DNA of 64,000 nt from Lama guanicoe (taxonomy: Eukaryota): contig MU056000.1 of NCBI GenBank assembly GCA_013239625.1, positions 1,612,001 to 1,676,000 on the forward strand, given 5' to 3'. The number at the start of each line of letters is the position of its first letter. The stretch's first letter is position 1. Of the stretch, positions 38,092-47,731 are shown piece after piece. Position numbers and translations under genes: made by a program. The notes below the pieces were generated by a model. The model did not search any database and was not told where the DNA came from. It saw nothing but the letters and a program-made list of their open reading frames with translations.

Positions 38092-38185
38092 GGGTGTATA
38101 GCTCAGTGGTAGAGTGCATGCTTAGCATATGTGAGGGCCTGGATTCAATCCCCAGTAAAAAAATAATAAATAAATAAAATAAAAC
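38092..38185 (+). mobile_element. tRNA-derived camelid SINE (Vic-1-like) with target-site duplication
   Basis: A-box TAGCTCAGTGG, B-box-like GGATTCAATCCC, and an A-rich tail. Flanked by TAAAAGCATAATTCA (38077-38091) and TAAAGGCATAATTCA (38186-38200), with a TT/AAAA endonuclease-type site. Confidence 0.92.
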
Positions 38186-41100
38186 TAAAGGCATAATTCA
38201 TGGATGGTCAATGAGCACACAGCAGCCTTCTCACTCACCTTGTAGAACTCACAAAACTCCGCTGACCCTCAGTGCTGTAACCGCGGTGTTGACACCCTCT
38301 GGTCTTCTGATGAGCCTGGCCACGGGCCATGTCTTTCTTCTTCCATCCTCTCTGCAGCTGAGTCACACAGCCAGCGTCACCCACCATCACCATCTGTAGG
38401 GTTACATGACCAGCCAGATAGATGGATGGAGGGGCTTCAGAAACCCAAAGGTGATTTTGACGCTGCGCCACCGTTGAGCTGATGACTGGCATCCTCTGTC
38501 AGCGGCAAAGCTCTGTAGCAACCTGAGAAGGAGAGAGACTTATTCATTTGTTCAACCAATAACTTCCAATCTGGCAAGTGTTCCATCCTGGAAATTAAGT
38601 GTGCCTGGATAAACAGCGATCCGGTCAACCTGACGACTACGTACGCTGCGAAGGGTACCAAGGCCCATGCCCTTCTCCTTGCCGAGCTGCTGCACACCGG
38701 GATGGGCCCCATTTGTGTCTGTTGTAGACGATGGATCGTTTTGACTGGTTGAGTTCACCCAGCCAGTCACTCAGTTATGGGCTTCCTCCAAGACACTTTG
38801 CATGACTCAATCCAAAATCACAGCAAAGAGCGAAGTTCTAACAAGCCGATTGCTGGATCTGTGTTTTCTTGCAGAAGTACTGCCACGTTAGCTTCGGTAC
38901 TTCTACTTTCGTTTTGTCCTAAGCTCCAGTCCTTCAATAACGATACACTGTGAGCAAGTAACTGGCATGATTTGAGCAATGACACAGGACTCTCAGCCAG
39001 AACAAATTCAGACAAAGAAATTAAAGTCTGCCTCTTTGAAATGCTCTGAGTCCCCAAAGCCAGCAGTGCACATAAATTATAAAATCCAAAGCCAGTGCAT
39101 TCCTCAGCCGGCTCCACATCACAGAATCACCAAAAGCCAAGGAAGAACCAGATGGATGCCAAAGCCACATCCCACGTGGCGTGATGTTCTCAGGGTGGCA
39201 GATCAAAGAGCATCTTTGGTAACGAAACTTAGCTTAAGTGGGAGTTGGCGAACAGACTTTGAGTAAAAGTTGATGAATGAGACGGTTCTTCTGGAAGTGA
39301 CTCCAGAACCTGTTTATTTTTCATCCGTTTCCAATGGACAGAAGCATGCTTAGGGAGATTCGTAAATTATTCCTGCCTGGAGACTAAGTAACAACTGGGT
39401 TTCATTCCATTTACAGCCGAGGTGGAAACTTGACCCCACAGCCGGCGAGCGAGCGGTGGCGAGTGGCTCCCAGGTGCCGCTCAGCCACGCGGTTTCCAGG
39501 AGTCCGGGAGCAAAGGCAGGCAGCGAGAAGAAGGCGGTGCGTGGGGGCTCCGGGTGGCCAGGGACCGTGCTTGGGATGGACCATTTCCCTTCTGAGGTTG
39601 CTGCTCTCTGTGGTTTGGAGGAGAGAACGCCCTTTCCTTCACATAACATAGTGATATGTTGGAGTCCTAGCTGTGCTTTTTGTATATTTTTAATGGCCTT
39701 TTTGGCTTAAATAAAAGCTGGCAACCTTTCACGCAGCCCACAGTACATTTATTTTAATTACTAGTTCTTTAAAATGTATAGGTTTCAATCCGTTCTCACA
39801 GAAAACAACTTAAACTGTGGAGCAAGAGTATGGGGGGGAGTAAAGCGGGCGGAGGAGACAGTGACGCAAGGGGACGGAGGGGAGGGAGGAAGGCCTTGTC
39901 AGGGGAAGGGGAGCTGCTGGGACGAGGTCGCATCTCGTGGGCTCAGACTTTACCGACCTGACGGCTCTCGCTGGACCATTTGCATCTCCACCCCAGGCCA
40001 GCCCAACATTTTGTTCCAAACACGGTCGTGCAGCACCTGGTGGGGAACAGCCATGGCTTGGAGAGACTACGGAGCAAATTCTAGGACATGGCTTCAAACA
40101 GACGACGAGATCTTGCAAAGGGAAGACATCCCTGTTGACGTGGAGTGAAGTCCAGCACAGATGCCCACAGACATCACACCCCAGGCCGTGGCCTTGTCCT
40201 GCCGAAGGTGCACGAGTCGGGAGGGACCACGTGCTGACAGAGCGGCTGGAAAGCCGACCAACCCCACCAGCGAAGACGTGGCTGCGTGCGGGCTGTGGCG
40301 CTTCCGCTCGGCCCCGCAAACAGCCTGACCCGTTACAGCAGCCGTGGCAGAGTCGGCAGACACAACCCAAAGTGGGACTTCAAAATGAGCAGCTTCCAAA
40401 CTCCAGATCCAAACCTCCTTAGAAGGCTTTGTGGCCTGACTCTGGCTCGCAGCTTGGAGGACTGGTGGGTGCCTTGACGGACACACAGAGGCTCACGCCG
40501 GAGACCAGCTGGGCTCACCAGGCTCTGCAGCAGAGCAGACCGTGTGCAGTCAGCTCGCTCATACCATCACGCTGCTTAGATGCCCAAATTCTGTGTGTTA
40601 GCTTGCGCTGAGGATTTAAGAGAAGGGAAGGGTGGGTTACCCAGAAAAGTCTCAGCAGAACGAGGGGCTTGGAGGCTCAGTCTCCCGGTTTTACCCCCAG
40701 GTCATGTCATCAAAGAAGTCACGCGGGTCACGGAGTTACCAAGGAAGGGTGCCGAGCCCTCTGCTCAGCCCAGCACGGCTTAAGATGGGAACCTTGAAGA
40801 CGAGGGCCCGGGGGCCTGGCCTCCGCGGGGACAGCCAGGGTCGCACAGAGCAGCAGAGATCTCCCCAACCTCACGAAGTGGTGGGGATGGGGGGGTGAGA
40901 AGCGTGCTCTAGGGAAGCTCCCGCCTCGTTAGCCAGAGGTCCTTTCTCCCTGGCAGCTGGAAGGAAGCCATCCCTGGGACCCTGCTTACAAGAGGGGCTT
41001 CTGACGGGCTCAGCGAGATCGAGGACACTTTGCTCAAACAAGTCCTTTGCGTGTTGTCTCCCAGACACAGTTCCTTTTTTTTTTTTTTTCCAAATTAGCT

Positions 41101-41365
41101 GATGGGAATCAGAAAGCAGAAAAAGTGCACAGAAGTTCCAACACCCGCCTCCTCCTGGTCCCCAGTGGCCCCGCCCTCTCGTCTCCTCCTCCCCCAGCTC
41201 TCACCCTTCAGAGACCCTGATGTCTTTTCCTGTGGACTCAGAAGCCCCTCCCACTCTTCCCGGAGCAAGACAGGGCAGAACGAAAGAGTAAATTTTGCTC
41301 TGCAAATCGGATTTAGAATTTTCAAGTTTTAAAAAAGTGCTACATGTTTATCAAAAGTAATACAC

Positions 41366-41489
41366 GGCATGGTATATCTCAGTGGTAGAGCGCATGCTTA
41401 GCATGCATGAGGTCCTGCGTTCAATCTCCAGTACCTCCACTAAAAAAACAAAATAAATGTTTAAAAAGTAAAAAAAAAAAAGAAATAAC
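41366..41489 (+). mobile_element. tRNA-derived camelid SINE (Vic-1-like)
   Basis: GGTATATCTCAGTGGTAGAGCGCATGCTTAGCATGCATGAGGTCCTGCGTTCAATCTCCAGTACCTCCACT followed by an A-rich tail. Confidence 0.92.
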
Positions 41490-41701
41490 CTAACTACTGT
41501 ATATAAAATAGATAAACAAGAAGTTTTTACTGTAGAGCACAGGGAACTATATTCAGTATCTTGCAGTGGCCTATAATGAAAACGAACATGGAGATCAATA
41601 TATGTATATATATATATATATATATATGCGTGACTGAAACATGATGCTGTGCACCAGAAACTGACACAACATTGTAACTGACTATGCCTTAATTTTAAAA
41701 A
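41490..41701 (+). mobile_element. LINE-1 extreme 3' end (~210 bp) containing a (TA)n tract at about 41598-41627
   Basis: CTAACTACTGTATATAAAATAGATAAACAAG...AGCACAGGGAACTATATTCAG...GACTGAAACATGATGCTGTGCACCAGAAACTGACACAACATTGTAACTGACTAT. Confidence 0.92.
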
Positions 41702-42059
41702 TTTTTCCAAAAATGTAACACAGATAATAATAACCAGGTGGTGACTAAGAAGTAAGGGGAAATCATCCTTTTAGCGAACGCGTACATTTTGGATTTAAAT
41801 ACGTCCTGTTAATTTCCTCCAGAAAACCTGCAGCCTGGGCTGTGACCTGACGCTGTGGACAGTGCCCACCTGGCTGTCGCCTTTAGTGAAGTGTTCGCCG
41901 GTTCGAAAACACGGACTTTGCGTTTCCACGTCCCTGGCGCTTCCTGCCGTCGGCGCGCGGCAGAGCTTCGGTGGGTCTGAGGCCCCAGGCGTGGCGGCTG
42001 CTCCTCCTGCGTCTGGTCTCGAACTGCTGAGCGTGTATCCCCTTCTCAGTTTGCCTTAA

Positions 42060-42600
42060 ATGTCGTATTTCTTTTTCATTTTATCATTTCCTCTCACTTG
42101 ATGTTTGCTCTTTTTTGCCCTGGGTAGACTTTACATTTTTATTAGTCAAGTTTTTCATTCTTCGTCAGGATAATTTCAATCCGTATTTAGGAAGTTCTCC
42201 CCGAAAACCAGAGCAACCTAATGAAAATGCCCTTAATTTTCTCCCTAAACTTTTGTGGTTTATTTATTTACTTATTGTTTGTATCTGAATGTTTTTACCC
42301 ACCTTAAATTTATTTTTGTGTAAGATGCATAGTTGTATTTTATCAGATGAATTTTTACATTAAGATTTCTCCATTGGAGGTGTTTCTTTTTCCCAAATGA
42401 GTGGCCAGGAGTTTCATCATGGAGTAAGTACCCCATGATTTTCTGGTCATGTTTTCTGGCCTCCTTTGTAATTTGTCAGCTGCCACTCTGCTTTTCATCT
42501 TTCCTCGGACAAGGAATTCAATTCCATTCTTGGTTCTGTCTTTTCCTAGACTAGCACTGAATGATTTTAATCACCGGAAGTCTTTCGTAAAGTAATACGA
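42060..42600 (-). mobile_element. Old LINE-1 remnant (decayed)
   Basis: T-rich tract with L1-antisense-like blocks (TATTTAGGAAGTTCTCCCC; TTTTACCCACCTTAAATTTATTTTTGTGTAAGATG). Confidence 0.55.
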
Positions 42601-43654
42601 ATAACTCTCAAAGAATTGTTCTTAAAATAAGTCGTCTACAGATAAAACTAGGTAATGAGTAACGCAGAAGCTGACTAAGCCGGTAACAGGAGAGTGCGAG
42701 GGGAGCGTCTGCACCCGCAAGCCGGAAGGAGACGCGGGAGCCAGGGCTGTCAGATGCGTGTTGGCACAAAGGCGGGCGAGATCAGCGACACCGAGGACAG
42801 GATCCGACTCCACGGAGAGCGCCGAGGATCTGAGTCAGCGAGGCGACGTCACGGGACAGCTGCGATGCCGTGCACCTCGGGTTCGCAGATCGACTCCACC
42901 TGTGCTGGGTGGGCAAGTCCTGGATTAACACAGCCTCTTGTGGAGAAGACTGAGGGCCTTCACTCGCCGCAGTCCCAGCAGCAGCCAACAGGGCCAGTTC
43001 AGGCAGCACCAACGGAGTTAGCGTCTCCACGACGGACCGGAGGCACGCAAATCGAGTCCCACTCCGTCCTGAGCACCCCTGCTCCCCCACAACTTCTCCA
43101 CACTGGACCCCCAAGCAGAACCACAGCCCCTTGGGGAGGGGACTCAATACATATCTCTGGAAGTGATAATCTCTGTCTTAAGATTAGCACTTGCTGACAA
43201 GTATTTGTGATTTTAGCATGTTCTCTCCAAACTATGTTTTAGAAAAATAACCCTTTTACAACCAAAACTATGATATTTTAATCAGGAGACCACTAACCAC
43301 TATCTAAGTACCTTTTCAAAAGTTGCTCCTAAGGACATTCCATCTTCATTTGCCTCACAGAGGTTGAACGCAGGTGGAAGGGAAGCAGAGGCATTCTTAC
43401 CTCCCGCGACAGTGGAGCGCAGGCGGCTTCTCGGGAACGACAGGTATCTCAAAAGTTACCATTTAATTGGCAGCACAAAATGTTACAGTAGATAATGAAA
43501 TAGAAGACACTACAGAAAAAAAGGAAAGTGGTAAGAATATAAATCTGGAAACATATCTGAATCTCTAGAAAATAAAAGAGAGAGACTAAAGCAAATTCCC
43601 CCCTTGGTTTGAAAAAGGGATTTAGTTTAGGAAACAAAAAGAGACAAAACGAAA

Positions 43655-43780
43655 AAGGAAGAGGAGCAGAAAGTGGAAGAAGAGGAACAGGAAGCAGAGG
43701 AAGAAGAGCAGGAAATGGAGGAAGAAGAACAGAAACTGGAGGAAGAGGAGCAGGAAGCAGAGGAAGAGGAGCAGGAAGGG
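43655..43780. repeat. Purine-rich minisatellite, six 21-bp units (consensus GAGGAAGAGGAGCAGGAAGCA)
   Basis: Units start at 43655, 43676, 43697, 43718, 43739 and 43760, with no indels. Confidence 0.9.
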
Positions 43781-44559
43781 GAGAAACAGGGAAAGAAGGA
43801 TCACACTGATCTCTGGAAATGCCAAGAAGTGGATGCATAACCAGGGAAATACAAATGGAACGACTGCACCAGCTTTGCAAGACCCCTCTACGCTCAGCAT
43901 CCTGAGCCTGGGTCCACGTCTGCAGGCATCCCAGAGGGTGAGCTGCCCCCAGTCCCAGCTCCACAGCCAGGGAGGGAGGCCCAGGGGTTAGAGCAGCCTC
44001 ATGCCCCCACCGCGCCCACCGGCCCCGTACCCGGTGTTGAGCTGAAGCCTGAGCCTGCGCCTGGAGTCAGCTTCAGGGACGTCAGCTGCAGGAAAAGGAC
44101 CAGCTGAGCTTCTTCCGGCTTGGCCTGGGGACCTCACCCCGTGCAGGGCGCTGTGCTTTGGGACTTGCAGACGGACTTCCGCAGTCCACGCCGCTCGTAC
44201 GCTGAGGACTGCTCCTCTTCGCCAGATGTCTTTGCCCACTCCTGGGATGACAAAGGTAGCCGCTGTGAAAGCCGCCTTCGATGTGAGCCCAGGTGATCCA
44301 AGTACTCCCTCTGAGAGCCCGGGCTAGGGCCTTTGGAGCAGAGGTCCTCGGACCTCCTGGGGCTGCGTCGGCTCTGACTCCTCCCGCTGGCTGTGGGTGC
44401 CTTAAAGCCTTTCACCCAGACATCTAAGTGCAGACAGAAATACAGTCCATCTGAGATAGAGTCACACAATAAGCAGAGCCACGTGCTCACTCCAGCCCAG
44501 ACTTGTCGTCATTTCAGCCAAGTCCACGCTCCTCTCAGCTCCGCGGCTCAGAGGCCTGA

Positions 44560-44800
44560 GGTGACCGATAAAAGTAACGCAGTTGCTCGCTTACTTGTCC
44601 AAACACAGTGTGGAAAGTGTCAGGTTGTACTGCAACGTTTAATTGCCGCGAAAGCACATGCATGTCAAGTAAACAGTTACAGATAAAAGAAAGTCGTTGT
44701 TCGGAAGATGGACTAATTAGCATTTAATTGCTATAAGTTGCAATTAATTCATTAATATTAGGAATGCAAGCTTGTAACAAACTAGTGAGGAACAAAAGAA
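44560..44800. promoter_or_regulatory. Candidate enhancer / conserved non-coding element
   Basis: AT-rich non-repetitive island with TGTCA (44663), GTAAACA (44669), AGATAA (44681), CTAATTAG (44713) and several further TAAT/ATTA cores. Conservation not tested. Confidence 0.4.
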
Positions 44801-47681
44801 GGCAACAAGGAACGTGAGGTCTCCTGCCACATCCGTAACCCGAGAGAGCGCCCACCACCCCCAGCCCTGACTGCCGCTGCTCAGCATCTCGAGGTCTTTG
44901 CCTTGGTCAAAACTCAGTTCCTCTAACCTCTAACCTCCAACGTTCTTTCTAACCTCGAAAGTCATTTAATTCGGTATCCTTGCTGACGGCTCACATAAGG
45001 GTGATGCAGAAGTGGGTGTCTCCAGCTGACAGTACAGCTGAACATAATTGGCTTGCTGGGAGGAGGCATTCGGAAGGCACGTTTGGAGGGACACAAGCCC
45101 TCCCCACCTCGCTGCCTCCCTGGATGCTTCTGGTAGCTCTGAAAGCTCGGGCACAAACCCAGCTCTGTCCGTCCCGGGGGACTGGATGTGCTGCCCACGG
45201 GCCTCGTTTATCGCTCCTTCCGGCCCTGCCACTGGGAGTGGGGAGCTGGGCCACCCCCAGGGAGAAACACTCCCCCAGCCACACTGGCATCGCCAGGAGA
45301 CCTGGGGGGACTCCTGCCCCGTCACTGGGCCCCCAGCCAGCTTCGCCTCCCACCCAGGCCCCGCCGTGGGCAGCCGCGCATCCTGGGCCCTGAGTCCGGC
45401 CGCTCCCTAGCAAATCAGGGCCCCACACACGACGGGGCTCCGGGCAGCAGCACCGCCCACCCACTCCCGTCCACCCACCGCCTGCTCGTCCCGGCCTTCC
45501 CGACTTGTTTGCTGCCAGCAAAACAAGTGTGCGCCCTGCGATCCCACGGACAACAAAGCCCCCAGCGGCATCTCACGCGGGTGATGTCACCCAGGTAAAA
45601 CTGCGCTGACAAGCTTTTAATTAAAGTTTCCCCACACATCTTTCCACGGGTCCCCGGAGCGATGATTCATTCTGTGCTGACTGCCAGCCAATTGTGAGTT
45701 GGGAGGGAAGTGTTTTATTTTCAAAGCCCTTGCTGACAGCCAGAGAACACTCTGTTATACAATCTGTTTACGTTTTCACACACACTCACACATGGTCTCG
45801 CTCAAGGGGAAATGGCCACGCAGGGCGTTCGGTGTGCACAGCAGTAATTAAACGTATCTGCTGCCGGGGTGACGACGGGGGGTCGGGGAACAGCTCCTCT
45901 ATAAACAGACCCCCACCCGGCCCCTCCCTGGCGTGGCAAGGAGAGGCGGCTCCGGGAACACAGGCCCAGACAGGTGTGAGGACCCCCAGCCGGATCAGGA
46001 GGGTGCCTGGGGTCACCCGGCGCGTTACCAGCAGGAGACGCGCCCGCGCTGTTGGAACAGCAGCTGGGTGCCTCGTGTGGAGACCCAGGGAGCGAAGCAG
46101 CTTGTCAGCACTGAAGGCACCATCTACATCTCCTCGTCTGAGAACCTGCTTCTGCGGGGAGGCGCCCAGGTGTGGGGAGTGGGGGCGAGCTGGGTTCCCC
46201 TGGTCCCCAGTCCCTGTTCCTGCTGGTGGAGCTTCTGCAGAACACGAGGCCTTCCTCAGGTCCCTGCATCACCAGGACAAACTCTCTAAAACCTGGAGAG
46301 GGAGGGCAGGTGACCCGACCTTCTGTCTGGAGTATGAAAAAGCCCATTTTCGCAGTGACCGTCAGATGGGGACACTCTCAACTCTCCTGTCAGGGCCACC
46401 TAGGACCTCCCTGAGCCACTGGGCCTTCAGCCACTGGGGTCCCATCCTGGATGAGGACCCATCCCCTTGCTGGAGGGGAGACACCACACGGAAGCCTGGC
46501 CTCCCTGGCCTCAGGGTGAGGGTGAGAATTCCTGACCCTCAGGCGGGTCACCTCCCGACCTCAAAAGGTGTGAGTTAGCCGAAGCTCCCTCAGTCCTGGA
46601 AGGGATGGTCAGACACCCCTAAACTTGTGAACTGCTGTGACCCCTCCCCCAGAGCCCCTTTTGCACCCCCCCGTCATTGCCCCCAGTGGTGGAACAGGAC
46701 GAGGGTTGGGAGCCTCAGGCCAAGTGTGTGTGGGCCCAGGGTGCCTGCAGGGACGTCTCACCTGGGGTTTCGCTTCCAGAACGCCCGGAAAGATTCAGCA
46801 GAGACTCCCATTCCGATGGAAGCAGGTCCCTTACGCAGGCCCAGGACAGGTCCTGCCGCCCTCCCGCATTTCCTTCCTCCCGGCCTGTCCATCTAAGCCA
46901 TCTGTGAATTGGAATAAGAAAGTGTACGCGTGTACATGCAGCCGTCTGGAAACCTGCCCCTCCCTTGCCGCAGATGTGAGAGATGCGGGGGCCACAGCCG
47001 TGGCCCCGGAGGGCGGCCCAGCGCCGCACAGGCCAGGCCCTGCTCTCACAGCGTGGGGTAGGCTCGTACGCGGCACCGCCTTCGGCTTTCCTTGGCCACA
47101 GAGACCTGGCGCGACGAGGATCCGTCCGAGGTGAGCAGCCGCGAATAGCCACATGCTCTGTCCCCTCGACGTGAATTCCTGCTGGCCACGCCCCAGCCAG
47201 CGACCGCTTCCCTCCCCTCCTGCATCTCCCTCAGAGCCAGAAACGTCAGCCCGTGGACTGAAAGAAGCCTGTGTCACAGGGCCACCATGGGATACCGAGC
47301 CGGGATTCACTGCATCCCTTCGGGGACACTCGGGAAGTCCATTGTCCTCTTCGCTGCCACGCTGGGGCAGGCGTCCTGCTCTGGGGTCTGACACGTGGCC
47401 GGGCACCACTGGACCGAGGCCGGGAAGCAACATGGGACAGCTGGGTTGGACCTCTCCCGCCCAGCTCAGGCCCCAACCTGCACGGACGTGACCACAGGCA
47501 TCTGAAACAGCAGATCCTGAAACAATTCAAGCAAAGCTCACGGCTCTTCGAGGCGCGACATCACAACGCTGAGCCAGACGGGCCAGCCCCGCCCGCTGGA
47601 GCCCAGCTCTGGCCACAGACACTGAGACAAGCACCAAGGACGTCTGATGGGGCCGCAGGATGGAGCAGAGCGCCGGGCCGG

Positions 47682-47731
47682 GGAGGCCGGAGGGGCTTGC
47701 GAGGCAGGAGAGGCCTGCGAGGCAGGAGGGG
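47682..47731. repeat. Short tandem repeat, 18-bp unit, ~3 copies
   Basis: GGAGGCCGGAGGGGCTTG / CGAGGCAGGAGAGGCCTG / CGAGGCAGGAGGGG. Confidence 0.7.

Noticed and set aside
38092-38160. tRNA genes at 33150-33223, 38092-38160 and 41366-41440
   Set aside because: tRNA-like heads carry A-rich tails, TSDs and broken stems. They are SINEs, not functional tRNAs.
38235-39350. Possible endogenous viral nucleoprotein relic. Minus-strand peptides STEANVA, VISSTVAQ and TQLQRGWKKKDMARG faintly recall filovirus NP (TTEANAG, VISNSVAQ) and bornavirus N (TQLARYRRREISRG).
   Set aside because: The matches are short, in different frames and to different virus families. The spacing between the filovirus-like words (~137 codons) does not fit NP (~90). 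The intervening 38540-38640 looks like an L2 tail, and there is no poly-A or TSD. A TBLASTN with Mononegavirales nucleoproteins would settle it.
42640-43200. Possible old ERVL-type LTR
   Set aside because: Only a vague resemblance; I could not anchor it to a family consensus.
45694-46578. 294-aa ORF
   Set aside because: No recognisable domain, a non-ATG start, and no exon-like boundaries.
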